DNA of 64,000 bases from Phoronis australis (lineage: Eukaryota > Animalia > Phoronida). Location: contig NMRA01000621.1 of NCBI GenBank assembly GCA_002633005.1, positions 136,288-200,287 on the forward strand, in the 5' to 3' direction. Every line of letters starts with the position of its first letter. The stretch's first letter is position 1. This document shows, piece after piece, positions 36,857 through 51,049 of the stretch. The notes beneath the pieces were generated by a model. The model saw only the letters and a program-made list of their open reading frames with translations. It ran no database searches and was not told where the DNA came from. A program made the position numbers and the translations under genes.

Positions 36857-39800
36857 GGTGTTCACTGTACGTGAGCAGTGCAACATGGGTAATATATTCT
36901 GATGCATAACCTTTAAAGTCCTTGTCTCACGCGTTGTTAACCCTAATTACATGGTTAGAAGATGTTATAAGGATCCAAGAAGTACCTACCCCATAACTAA
37001 TACACGATGCGTACTCGAAAACAGTTTAAATGAACGCGCCACTCACGATTCGCACCCGAAGAAACACCGCCATTTTGAACTTGCCGCGAACCCGGAAGTA
37101 CAATTCAATCAGGAACCCAGGCCGAGAAAACGCCGTCAGTGCGACTGGAGCAGTTCCTGTACTGTTACCAGCCAGCAAACGGGGATAAAAAAATCGACAG
37201 CGCGCCTTAATTTTGATAAAATCAAACTACGGACAATTTTATGGAATTTGCTGAAGAAATGTGGCGAATAAATTTTGACAGAAATTATTTTGCCAGACTC
37301 GGGACCNNNNNNNNNNNNNNNNNNNNNNNNNNNNNNNNNNNNNNNNNNNNNNNNNNNNNNNNNNNNNNNNNNNNNNNNNNNNNNNNNNNNNNNNNNNNNN
37401 NNNNNNNNNNNNNNNNNNNNNNNNNNNNNNNNNNNNNNNNNNNNNNNNNNNNNNNNNNNNNNNNNNNNNNNNNNNNNNNNNNNNNNNNNNNNNNNNNNNN
37501 NNNNNNNNNNNNNNNNNNNNNNNNNNNNNNNNNNNNNNNNNNNNNNNNNNNNNNNNNNNNNNNNNNNNNNNNNNNNNNNNNNNNNNNNNNNNNNNNNNNN
37601 NNNNNNNNNNNNNNNNNNNNNNNNNNNNNNNNNNNNNNNNNNNNNNNNNNNNNNNNNNNNNNNNNNNNNNNNNNNNNNNNNNNNNNNNNNNNNNNNNNNN
37701 NNNNNNNNNNNNNNNNNNNNNNNNNNNNNNNNNNNNNNNNNNNNNNNNNNNNNNNNNNNNNNNNNNNNNNNNNNNNNNNNNNNNNNNNNNNNNNNNNNNN
37801 NNNNNNNNNNNNNNNNNNNNNNNNNNNNNNNNNNNNNNNNNNNNNNNNNNNNNNNNNNNNNNNNNNNNNNNNNNNNNNNNNNNNNNNNNNNNNNNNNNNN
37901 NNNNNNNNNNNNNNNNNNNNNNNNNNNNNNNNNNNNNNNNNNNNNNNNNNNNNNNNNNNNNNNNNNNNNNNNNNNNNNNNNNNNNNNNNNNNNNNNNNNN
38001 NNNNNNNNNNNNNNNNNNNNNGCAAGCCATAGCACATTCAGTTACAAGGAAAAAATGGCGGCGTTCAGGACAAGTTCCTGAACTGATGAGCCGGAAATGT
38101 GGGTACGGAAATAACCGATGACAACCGGTAATCATACGCTCAGAGAGAAGGGTCAAATACTGTTACAAAATCTCTTTTGGCAAGAAAGGCGAAAAGAATA
38201 TAAAGAAAGGGTGTCGAAAATAAGAATTTATGTAGTAAGTATTTTCGGATACTGGAACCACATGGGCAGTTTGCAACAAGGACTTTAAAGTGCATGCCAT
38301 AACTTTCTCGATTAAAAGTGGGTAATTACAGGTTGTTGACAATCTCTATTTAACACTAGTTTTTGGCCATAGTAACAGGAAAAAGTTGAAAATGAAAATT
38401 GAGACACGATTCACTATCCAAGTTGTCAAAGTTTCGGTTTATTAGCATAAACCGTAGTGAGGAAGCAATTTCATTAACCGGCCATACAAGCAAAACACTT
38501 AATGAACATCGCAGTCCATGATTAGTACTGATAAGCAACAAGACAGAGATCAGAATAATTCTAAACCATACGACCCAACATTTCTGTTGAGTGACCTCCC
38601 AGCATGAGTCTGCTTGATGTGAGTAGATTCACGGGTAGCCAGCTTGACCTGGTTGGGGTCTCTGTTATTTTGACTCCAGAAAAGCCAATCTAATGACCGG
38701 TTAACACTGATTGAGAAAATAGGATAGACTACCGTTGGTGTATTAAGTATGCTCGTTGATCATTTTATGTTAATAAACCGAAACGTTGACAAGTTGGATC
38801 TTGAATCGTGTCGCAATGTTCACTTTCAACTTTCTCCAATCATTGCTCTTGTACGGAAAGAATACGTACACTACGGTTGTTTTAAGATCACCAGGAATGA
38901 CTCTAACTGTCAATTTTAGCATTGAATGATTGGAAAATGAAACTCTGTCATTTGAGTTCATCTTTTTGTAAATGCAAAAAAAATCTTTAACACGGCATTC
39001 GATGTCATAATAATTGGATTTGCTGATTTTACACGCATATACTAAGAGTGTAACAACATTATAGCCAATATGCCCCCGATAATGTCTGATCACTTTCTCG
39101 GTATTTACATGTACGGTCAGATTTACGATAGTAATTATGTTCGCCGTAGCTCGTGGCCAGGCGTAGTTGCTTGTGTAAATCAAAAAATATCCACACAAGA
39201 ACAAAAACAAGTTAAATATCAAGTATACATCCACAACCGAACACACCAGATACACGGACGTCAACTGGCGTAATTAATGTCACATTAGTAGGCAACGCGG
39301 AGTAGGACTCACAACATAACCCCTGTTGCCGAGTTCCAACTCAAAACAGGAAACTTTTCGTAAGTAGTAATTTAGTATTGGATATTAAAGCTCCCTTTCG
39401 AAGGGAATCGGATGACAGTAACCTATCTTAGCACCACCTCCTACACACCTAGACTATGTAAATCCCTGAGAAATTGATAGGCTGCCGTTATATACATGTA
39501 CATTGTACTGTAGGCCTATCCACCGAACGGTAGTTTCTAGCGAGGGCTTACTGACAAAAAGCTTCAATCTTAAACAACGAGAAGACTGTAAATGTTTCGA
39601 GTAAATTCAAACACCGGATGCGTCAGGAGAACTCCAGAAACATTGCTTGCGACCGGCGTCAGTCTACACTCGTTGGGGAAACTCCCGAAACACGACTTCT
39701 GTCGCTGCGGAGTCTTATGTAACGAAGCGAGCCGACACATGGCCTATAAACATGACTAGCGCCCATCGCCATTCTACTTGACTATAACTTGTAAACCTCA

Positions 39801-41377
39801 TTTCAGGGTAACAGAATGAACTTGGTACTCACTCCGAAGCTTCACTTAAATGAATGACGGTGGCAACAAACAGCATCAGCAACATATTAAATGTTACGTG
39901 CCAATCTCTGGGATGCTTCATGTAGGTACCTGCCGTTCACACACCTGTGGCACGCAGTTGTATTGTTTGTTAACCCAGAGCACACATATTGGATTTGCTT
40001 TTGTACGATTATTCGGTCACCCAATGAGCATGGATCCTCACAGTATGTGATCTCATTTCAGACGACGTCTTATTGCGCAAGATTTTATAGAGATACACGT
40101 ATACATGTACATGTAATTCTCGAAAGTTTGTGAGTACACGCCATAGCATTCGTTCGTTCCGGTGTAGATTCCTGCTAATAAATTACATCGCTTAGGGTGG
40201 AACTTTTGTTAACAACAAACGAAGAAAGAGTTTAGCCTTGTACTCACCAAAAACTTCTTCCGAACAAATTTTATTAATACTTTTGGAATATTTTGCGGAC
40301 TAAATGTCCCAAAAATTGTCAAACGGCGGATTATCTGCTCGCAATGATGAGGTTCGGGACGGCCTCAAAATCATCCCGTTAATTCTACGTTTCAACGATT
40401 TTGAAAGTTGACAATTTCACTAAATATATCCATATGATCAAGCACCACCAAAATTCTGTACCTAGGACAAATAGTAATAAACATTTATTTTTGACACTAG
40501 GCCAGCGGGAAAAGTATGGGGCCTTCTTTATTGTTATCTAAACGTTTCGCAACTGCGCAGGTATTCAACTGAACCGCATCATATTCACGTGATTAGAAAC
40601 CCCTTCATGAGCTTTTGATGCTTTACGATTACACCAGAAGAAAAAGATAAGTAATTTAATTACTAACAGATTATCATTTTGCTCACGTGAATGGGTAAAA
40701 ATTCTTGTTAATGCTAAAAACAATAAGCCTTATCAAAATGCAAGGAATAAGAAAGAGCGTACACCTGTAGTGATAAAACCCTTCATGTGCTTTTCGGCTG
40801 GTCAATTAACTACTTTGTCGACTAATTAACTTGTAATGACAACTTTTTATATCTAATAGTAGCAGAAACAGGAATTGAACTAGAGAGGTAGACATTGAGT
40901 AAATGACTATTTAAACCAGCAGGAAAAAAAATTCTTTGGTTTATAATATTGCTAACGTACATGCAGGAAGAAACAAAATTTAGACAAGGAATCCATCACA
41001 GTTGTTGTGAAGAAATTAGTAAGGCATTCGTCTAAATGTATGCATCTATTTTTATTAATTGGAGACTTTTAATACTATTACATTCTCCAGTAAAAAAATC
41101 AAGAGCCATGACATCTACAAAAAATGCGATAGTCTAATTAGTCCAACTACATGTAGGTACGCGTAATTTTCAGATAAGGGTTTTCTGAAATAATTAGATT
41201 AATTAATTTCTTCACAAGTAAAAATTAAATGTTACTGACGCACGTACTTGTGTCACAGTAAGCCACAGAAGTTGGAACACGTCTGTAGTATTGTTATGCT
41301 AGGTCTACTAAATAAAACTGGTCTTTGCAAAAATCAACATTCACAACAAAGAGATAATGTTTTAGGAACACATGCTG

Positions 41378-41839
41378 CATAGTTGTCAACTTTCGGGAAT
41401 AAAAAACAAAATACGGGATAAGTGGATTGAAAACATGGACATATGGATAAAAAGCAAAAAACCTGGTCTATGCCATTACTCAGGGCTAAAATGTTCGCCG
41501 CAACACACAAAACATCCCGACATCGTTTTTAGCGACCGGGAGAAATAGGGTGCCTACATGTAACTTCAGAAAACGCGCGACGCCCATTTTCCTTGTTTAT
41601 ACGAACGGTAAATTGTGGGTGCAGGAGAAACCCATGAACATCCGGTTATTTTCCTTTTAGTAGAACAGGAATATAGGGATATGTTGCGAGACGCTCTTGG
41701 GAAATCCCAATCGTGTATGATAATACGCCAATTTTTCTGTGTGCCAAAAAGCGAGACATTTGGAAAGTGTCACAGGATGGTGGGGAAATTTTCAAAAAGT
41801 GTGGCCATCCGACAGAAGCGGGTCAAATGTCAAGTACGC
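41378..41839. mobile_element. Possible old hAT-like MITE
   Basis: Ends CATAGTTGTCAAC ... ATGTCAAGTACG are imperfectly inverted. No TSD seen. Confidence 0.3.
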
Positions 41840-44399
41840 TCTCGGTAACACAAAGTAGTGGAATCTCTTTCAGGGTATGCTTATCATTTTTCATTTTGAT
41901 TCTCGAGTATAGGCAAATGCAATAGATAACATTACTTCTCAGAAACGTGGTAAACACGTCTCTTTGTACATGGTGTGTTGATAATTGTAAAACATACCCT
42001 TACTATCCAACTTTAATTTATTTCCGTAAAATTATGTCTTGTTGAAATAATGTAGTTTAATAGGTTGTCGAAGTAGCTACATATTTTCCTTCAGCATTTA
42101 AATTAGGTCTATGTTTACACAACTTTTAATCATAGCTAAAATAAAACAATGAACATGCTACTGAAGCAATGATATTAGAATTTGATACACTGTAAGTACA
42201 ACACTCTATCACAACTCAAGTCTATTTTGTGCCTCATCACTACTTGTCATGTGTAGCACTGTAGTAGCTGCACATCCAAAATACCGTCCATTTTTTGTTG
42301 TCAAGTCTTGATACATTCAAAATTGTGTTGAGTTCAGCTGCGAAATCCTGTCCCGTGGTCTGCCACGACAATGCATTCAAAGTACGAAGTCTTGAATGCT
42401 AGCACTATTTACTTTTCGCGTTGCATTCCAGACGACTTGCTAAGACTTTTGTCTCATCCTTTGTCACTGTCTGTTGTATAAGCATCAGTGGCGATTCGGG
42501 CCCAAGTCTCCATTATGAGTTTTTACTTGTTTTCAAATACTAGTACACGTATCTGTGGTACGTTACTTCACAGTTTCTATAAGTTATCAATTTTGCTAAA
42601 AGCTGTCTTTTGCTGTTCTTTTTCTGCTCGTGAGTATGTATGCTTTTGCGAGACCATTTTCATCTTGTAAGAATTACTTCATGTAAACATGGATAAACTT
42701 AGTTGCATCTCCAAATTTACATTGCGTGCAACACTGGAAGGAGGAGGGCCAGAGGCTACCCCGGTGCGTACCCTCTGACATCACCACAGAAACAGAAACA
42801 GATACAAGTTACATCGTACAGAAGCGAGCGTGCCTTGGGTGATGTGGTGTCTGTCGACCGTGAATAAACTTTCTTGAGCTACATGTACATGTAAATAACA
42901 CTGAACTGTAGACAGATTTAATTTGGGTAAAATAGGGTCAAATGAGTTTTTCTTCTAACACTTTTAAGTTTTTTTAGCCTGTTGGCCGACTTTTTAGTGA
43001 ACGGAATCACTTAAAAACGCAATGCAATGTGTTTTATTACACCATAAAAGTTTTGCAGACTATCGAAATAAAAATAAGGTGAGTCATTCGTGCGTGTATG
43101 CATACTGCACAGTTCATAGTCGTCTTGCCAGTGATCGGTGTTCCCCACGAAAATGACGTGCAATATTTTTCTTCTCGACCTTCCTGAAAGTATTTACCCA
43201 CATCTCCATGTATATTTATTAACCACTGTGTGCGTTCTTGCTGTTCTGTTGGGCATTTGAAAAAAGATAACTCTCTGTTGGGTTCTTATTTTTCATGCAC
43301 ACAAAAGAAAACAGGTCTGCGACTTGGCTATCTTCGTTCGCCGCTTTTGGCTCGTGTTCACAGTCACCTGGGTCACGCGCGAAAAAGGTGTATAGACCCT
43401 TGGGATGTTCTGGAAAACCAAAATACGAATTTTGCTACTATTTTCGTTGACTGTAATTTAGCCCAAACCATTTACTTGAATGGCTGTAATTATGACATCT
43501 GAAACAACAAAAATGACAGTAACGTGGTGGTAGACATCAAATCCCGGTTGAGGAATCCTTGATGAATAACACAAACGGCAAAGTAAATATGAAGGCGGTC
43601 TATCCCCTTTAAGAAGTTAAGAAGGGAAGATTGGACTTCTTCCTCATATCTCGAGAATTAGGGAACCTTTTACAATTTCCTCGTACACAAAATGAGTACA
43701 GAATCAACCATTTACATTGGCGCACTCAAGGGGGAAACTTTGGTGGCTTGGGGGGTGCTCCGACGAGCTCCCCATTTGGCGAAGTGAGCAAAAAGGTCCA
43801 CGTCAGAGAAATAAGAACTCCAAAAAAGTAGAATAACAGATAAAAGGCCACTAGAAAGGCAGGAACTACCAAAATTCGGCGAATGCATAATTCATACCTT
43901 TCAACATACCCCGTGAATCTTAGTAAAAGGTCCACATTCTGAAAAAATAAACCGCCCATTTTATGCTGGGTGCCTGCCGAGTGCATGATTTATGCGTAAC
44001 TGTTGATATTATCAGAGGAATGAGCCTCTGGCTCTTTACAAGCTCATAATTTGCGGGAAATAAAATAAACCGATTTAGTATACATGTATGTAAAACTGGA
44101 GGTGACCTCAGAATATGCAATGTATCCTTACAACAAAGAAAGTTTGGGTCCATTTAAGGCGAGAGATCTACAATTTATTATAGATTGCTCCTTGTTTTTC
44201 CAATCACTGCTCAAGAATATTAGTCAAAGACAATTCAATTTTTGCAAAAAAAATCACAAAACAAAAGGAAAAATAAAATGTGTGGGAAGAGGGATTCAAT
44301 TTTTATTGCGGTTAAGTCAAAATGATTCCCGATTAAAAGTAGGTGAACTGATAGACAAGGCAAATAGAGGACTAGAAAAAATGTCGACAAACCTTGATG

Positions 44400-45120
44400 C
44401 AAAGACATCATATTAAGAGTCAGACAGGTAGATCAAGGTGAGAAGTCAACCATTTGAACTGTATTTGCTGTCTGGAAAAGGGAATTATTTCAACAAATAG
44501 ATAGCAAATTTTATGCTCTCAAAAATAGAGTCATTACTGACCAACGTCAGCTTTTAAGTGAAACGGGGCACTTTTATATAAATCTGTATTTACCCAGGGC
44601 TACGATTTACAAAACGTTGATCTTAAAACCATACTGGGATTGTAAAATATTAACGGATAGCATGAGTAAAAGTATTTCAAAACCCATTAAAATGGGCCCA
44701 TGACTATTTTGATGCGTACCGTGTCCTAAAGGGTATAATGGTTTCACTGTGACATATTAAGATATTTTATGCGGTGGCCTATAAGAGACGTTCAAATAAG
44801 GTTATTCAATGGGAGGTTTCGTCACAGGACTTTACCAGAGGGTCATTACTGTGGCAATAAATCCAAAGAAAATGGGCTACTGGAGACCTATCTGCTTGCT
44901 CAATGCATTTTACAAAACTTTATCGGCCAGTGTTGCTCAACGTTTTAAGAAGCACCATACACTCTCCGATCAGCAACACTCAAAAAAGGTTTTGTAAAGG
45001 GTAGATTGATAGAAGGAAAAACACTAGAACTATTTACGATCTTACGCATTACACTGAAACTCACAACATTCCCGCTTTCCTTATCTTGGTGGATTCTGAG
45101 AAAGCTTTCGACTCGATGTT
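44400..45120 (+). mobile_element. Degenerate L1/Tx1-type LINE ORF2 (reverse transcriptase N-terminal region)
   Basis: Fragments FYINLY, GYNGFT, WRPICLLNAFYKTLS, GFVKGR and LILVDSEKAFDS occur in the correct order, with stops and frameshifts. Confidence 0.82.
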
Positions 45121-45289
45121 TTGGACCGTCTACAGACGAGAGAATAAGTAAAGATTTGGAAATTGTGCAACTCCGATACAATTAATTTACTCAGTTGCCT
45201 GGGAAAATTCCACATCTACCGCCAAACACTCAGAAATGCTTCGCTCTTAATCGAAATATTCAAGAAGGAGGTGTTTTAGTGTATGGAAA

Positions 45290-45580
45290 TAGAAAAATAT
45301 CTGTATTTCGACGATATTGCAGGGGATCGTCTATATGGTTTTCTAATTTACGGGCTTGTGACTCGCTGTCCTATATCAGCTTCGTTATCAAGCCTTTAAA
45401 GATTTATTTTGTTCATTTTCCTCTCTTTTTGTCTTATTGAAGCTCAAGAACTTTGTACATATCAGTTGCCATATCGTTACCCATTGACTTAAATAAATTC
45501 TTGAACATTCCCTTCACTTTGATGTCCAATGGTGCCTTTTCCAAGACAGCCTTCAAGTCATGATTTTTCAGTCTTAGCAG
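45290..45580 (-). mobile_element. Possible degenerate LINE ORF1 coiled-coil fragment
   Basis: ...ARKLENHIDDPLQYRRNT resembles the LEDKIDDLEQYSRR motif of LINE ORF1 proteins. In-frame stops present. Confidence 0.35.
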
Positions 45581-48500
45581 ATGTTATGTTACTTTTTTGC
45601 TAAAATGGCTTACATCGTTGGTTGGTTCAAAGCCTTTGTGACGTATACATTGCTAGTTCAACGGAATATTTGCTTGGCACCCTCTTCCTAATAGTGTTGG
45701 GAGTTCCTTGCTTTTGTTTATTAACGTGTAGTTGGCATAAAGACAATATTTTCATCACGTAGAAACACAACAAAAATTGCAAGGGGAATTTGTGAGGCCA
45801 AACTTCTGTCTTCCCACCATAAGAATCGGCACATGCATTAAGTCAAAATTGAAATTAAATGAGAAGCTTTTGTCGCAACATATATACTTTCTCTCCATGA
45901 TAGCTCTTTCCGCGCGAGCATTTAAAATCGGGTAATAAACTTCAGCATCGACTTCTAAAGTCAGAACCTGTCCGAAGTTTTAGAAATAGGCAATATTGGC
46001 CGTCCGTGAAATGTGCCGAGAAAGTCGGCAAAAATTGACGGTGTCCGAAATCTTAGAATTTATGCGATCGGGTGTCGACAAATTTTCGATTTGCCGTTTT
46101 AGACGGCTTGAACTTGCGCGCAGATTTGTGATAGTTATTGCTGACGCGAGCATAAACAGAGATGTTGCTGACCATGAACAGAAGCGACTCGCAAAACTTT
46201 GTGATAGGAAATAAGGTANNNNNNNNNNNNNNNNNNNNNNNNNNNNNNNNNNNNNNNNNNNNNNNNNNNNNNNNNNNNNNNNNNNNNNNNNNNNNNNNNN
46301 NNNNNNNNNNNNNNNNNNNNNNNNNNNNNNNNNNNNNNNNNNNNNNNNNNNNNNNNNNNNNNNNNNNNNNNNNNNNNNNNNNNNNNNNNNNNNNNNNNNN
46401 NNNNNNNNNNNNNNNNNNNNNNNNNNNNNNNNNNNNNNNNNNNNNNNNNNNNNNNNNNNNNNNNNNNNNNNNNNNNNNNNNNNNNNNNNNNNNNNNNNNN
46501 NNNNNNNNNNNNNNNNNNNNNNNNNNNNNNNNNNNNNNNNNNNNNNNNNNNNNNNNNNNNNNNNNNNNNNNNNNNNNNNNNNNNNNNNNNNNNNNNNNNN
46601 NNNNNNNNNNNNNNNNNNNNNNNNNNNNCACTTCCCAAAAGGAAAGATGGTTTTAAAAATTGTTTAATACCAGTTTTTGGTATTCGATTTCTTTTTTAAT
46701 ACTCCTGTCTACTTGGTTTTTCTCATACTGGGAACGGATTGATACTTTTACATTTTATTTTTAAACTTGAAGTACTGAAACAGTGGTAAATTATGATCGT
46801 CAGCGAAACTTAGTTACACTAAACATTAGTCCTTATTTCAAGTTTGATATTTATTAGCCTAAAATATGCGAAAGTGTAAATATGGTGATAGCCAAGATGA
46901 AATTTGTAATCTCTGGAAAATTTCGGTTGTACTGACTGCAAAACTAATTTAGCTTTTTGTTAGTCATAAAAATGGAGAATGGGCGAAAGTTAATTACAAC
47001 AAGTTAACAATCTGGTTAAAATAGATTAAAAAATACTAAAAGAAAAATGCATGTGATATTGTAAACTCTGATCAGCGTGTGTCAATCCACCGAGTATATC
47101 AATACGCACGGTCGTTTATCTTCAACTGTACTCAATGTTTGTAGTTTTTAGCTTATTAGTTCATCGATTTTTTAAAAAACGAAAACCATACGTGGTCGCT
47201 TTTTCCAGCTAAATACAGCGTGGTGTTCATTTTAACGACATTTTTTGGTTCATGCATTTCGAAAATTTGCCATCTTGTACAGGCAGAGATGTTTACTAAC
47301 GTTTATGGTCCGGTAAATACACTTAATTGCGGTCATCACAACTGTTTCAAACTCCGGTGCCGCGTTCTCATTGACCTGGTAAAGCCGCTTAGAAGGACGA
47401 AAGGTGAAAATTCACGCATATCTTTAGATATGCGTGACTTCCTCAGTTCCTTGTAAGCGTATTAGACCGCATGTTTATTAAAACGAATTTAAACTTGTGA
47501 TTCTTACAAAATTTGCACAAAACCGACAATGACAATTCGAAAAACTGAAATAACTTTTTTAGATTTCATTGTGAGCATTTGGTAAATTAATAAAATACGA
47601 TCAAAAATAAGAATATGGATGCAATATGCGTACACATGCCTTAGTATTCTTTCATTTTTCGAATTTAACAGAGTTCGTGATCAATTAACTCCGATAATGG
47701 CTGTCGGAGATTGCCCGGTACGTTAAAAACAGATTCTTTTCATTGTGTTTTAAAAATTCAATAATTTTGGAAATATTTGTCTAAATGCACAAAGTTGTCG
47801 ATGGGGTTTCAACGCACAATGGATCTCGTACATTTCACGTTATTTCACAGTAGTGTTTTAAAACACGTTTCTTCCAACAATGTACGGTGTGCTATAGATA
47901 ACGATTGGACCGGCGCTTGTTGACTTTAGTGGCGCTATATACGACCATGCCGTAGGCTATACCCACGAACCCCTACTCTGTGTACCATTGGTCCAGAATT
48001 CACGTTATTCGTACGGAGGATCTGTAAGAGGCCGCGTTTTCGGTTCACGGTCAGATTTCCCCCTACGTGTATAAATTGTGCCTATAACTGCGGGTCAGTT
48101 GATCAATATTGCTTTTGTTGTTGCTGTTGATAAGTTCCATGGCCTAGTTTCTTTGTTGGAACTGTTGGTATTCATGATGACTTGCCTATATTAAGCACTT
48201 TTAGTGACCCAGATTTGTTACTACACGGAGTGAAGGACAACGACTTAAGATCCGATCGTCTTTATAAATAATAATTATTTGATCAGTTCGCTCAAACTCT
48301 ACACGCACGCCTCCCTATTTATTGTAGTGTCGCGATTTAAAGAAAAAGAAAATATCAAAATTGAAAATAAAAATTGTGAGATTCGCCTATTGCACTAGAT
48401 AGTCCGTGGTACAAGAGTAGACATTTTTTTAATTTACACCACGTCTCTTTTTCTTCTCGCCATTGATCTGTGTTAAATTTTTACAAGGCAGAAACATTAC

Positions 48501-50019
48501 TGGAGATGAAACTAATAAGTAATCTGTGACGGGGATGCCGTTTACGCAAAACACTTTCAAAATCATCTATGTGGAAAACAAACTACTGTACTTTGTCCAA
48601 AGTACAATAGATGCCATGTGCCAAAGAAGTGAGTTATAATAATTATTTTATTAACCACTACATATTGTACATGTATGCCTCTCACACACAACTTGACTCA
48701 GCCACACTGACTCAGTCTGTTAACTGAAAGTTCAATTGTGAAATTGCGATCAGGCCCGGAGATCAGGAAAGGTACAACGTCGATGATACTGGCTATACGT
48801 CAGATTAAAAGTAACGAATTAGTAACTTTACATATCCCACACGTACGTCTATAACCCCGACCGAAATCTGATAATGAACTGTTGTACAATGTGCCATAGA
48901 ACATTTAATCGCCTCATCATACGCTTACTTACAGTAACCCCCCCAGTATTTCCAGCTTTCCGAGCGAACTAAAAACAAAGCCAAGGCATAGCACGGACGC
49001 GACTTAACTTCGGATTAACCGCGGTCAGACGAAGTCCGGACTTCGGCTAGCCTCGGTTCAACCGCGGTTTGGAACCCGCGTCCCGACGCGACCTAGCCGC
49101 GTTCGACGGATAGGAAGATGCTTTCGATCAGTACTGTACAGATCCCGCATATACATAACGTTAATGTAACGCGCAAGGACGCGCGCCTTAGTTTACGTTT
49201 AATTACACGCTTATTCTTTCTTTGGATATTCGGTTCAAACGCAAATATACAGACACGTTTTACCAATCAATTGAAAAATGCTTAAGCTGTTAAAAAATCA
49301 AATGCTAAACATTCAAACAACCTATATGCGTACTTAATCAAAGGCCAAAGTATCAGCCTAGAGTAATTCATTATAAAACGTGTTACAACGTTCCTTAGAC
49401 CCCCAATATTGCGATTACAATTTCCGAAATAACTACAACGTGGCTTACACCAGTTTGAGGATTCACGACATTGTCTTTACACTAATCGATATAAACGCTA
49501 AAGTAGAGTGAATCAAAATGTGGAGTTACACCTTCATGGTTAATTACAAACAATCACATGTTCAAAACAGTACATTGTCCATTGTACATTGTATTGAATG
49601 GCGTCACGTCGGAAAAACGACGCGATAAAAGCCGCATCACAAACACAAAACGACCAACAGATGGTGCTGATTGCGAAAAGAGGCAATGAGTGGGAAGTAC
49701 AACTGCCTAATTATATTTAATAACGACTGCAATAACATTGTTTGTACTTTCCAACGTTAAACTGAAACTTCTCATAGAAGTCTTCTCAGCGTTTATTAAA
49801 GTGTCTCACATTTTTACCTGTCTGGTACCCCAAAAACAACCCCGTGGATGTTTTCGGAAACCAGAGCACATATGTGAAAAACGTCTTACAAAATAGGTTG
49901 TGATGAGCGTTTGCCAAGTTATAAACGTATTCCTACAGACAACCTGCACACCGCACGACAGTTACAGTGGTTAAAACCATACTAATACTTTTCATTTTTA
50001 ATCTCTGCGAACCGTGGGA

Positions 50020-51000
50020 TGTTTTATTTATTTATTTTTATTTATTATAGGGGCATAAGGGTGCCAGTAAATACAATCTCAAAAACAGAATATTCACCAC
50101 ACCCCCCAGCCTCAGTGGGCTTACTCAGTCAGCTAATAATAACTAAACCATTACATAACATATTACCCACGCTCAAATATGACCATTTCAAACTAGTTTA
50201 TAAACAAATACTTTCTTCTAAGCTGCAAAGCGTCTTGAATGAATTTCGCTAGACCTTTCAAGTTATTTGAGGAAGGGCAGAATTCAGTATAAAAATGGTC
50301 GAATGTGAGTATATTTTTCCCAATCAAAAGTGAAATAAACTTCATCTTCAATTCCGTTTTTACAAACATGACAAATCCGTCCATTCACAGGAATTCCGAA
50401 ATTCCGCCCCACCTCAACCTCTACTTGCTCTCAATCGAGCAATGGCAGACCTCTGAGACACCGGCAGACGTAAATACTCTTCTACAATAGTCATTCTTAA
50501 CCGACCTATATAAGCACGGTTTTGGTTTCTCAGTGATTATTTTTAACCAGTTTCACTATTCTAACTGAAACCTGAATGTTTTGAAGTTTTTGAGAGACAC
50601 CATTTGTTTGTTCCTGAAATTTTCTAAAAAATCGAATATCTCCATAATTTTAAATATTGAACTTGACCAATTGCAGGAGTTCCGATGTTTAAAGTCCCAT
50701 AAAAGACTTTTTTGCAGTTCTTATTTCATCCATTAGAAGTAAACGATTTCAGAGCATATTTTCATGTTGTTTGTAGTGTGAATTTGGCCAACCTGAGTTG
50801 CCATAAAGTACTGCATTGGCAGCATACTTGTGGACCCCTAAGAATATACTTAGTGCTCTAGTTCAGATCATTTCGCATTTGGAGTATTGGGAATATCCCC
50901 AAATTCCAGATCCATATTCTAGAATTGAAGCTACTGACATTTCAAAACATATACATTTTCGCCAATTACCGCTTTCTAATTTAACGCCCTTTTTATGCCC
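50020..51000 (-). mobile_element. Degenerate 3' end of a LINE (CR1/L2/RTE-X-like)
   Basis: Minus strand reads FEMSVASILEYGSGIWGY...FLGVHKYAANAVLYGNSGW, then EDEVYF...Y...R, and ends in an AATAAA-rich tail at 50020-50045. Confidence 0.75.
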
Positions 51001-51049
51001 CTAAACTATTTTAGTGCTCCTTTAATGAAGTCTTCGTCAAACAGTTAAG

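Noticed and set aside
38770-39264. 164-aa minus-strand ORF
   Set aside because: AT-rich, no recognisable domain and no clear splice partners.
40240-40380. Minus-strand GTGAGT donor preceded by CpG-rich sequence (possible distant first exon)
   Set aside because: No open frame or downstream partner identified. It cannot be distinguished from TE-internal sequence.
27412-46656. Long ORFs made mostly of X
   Set aside because: They are translations of N gaps.
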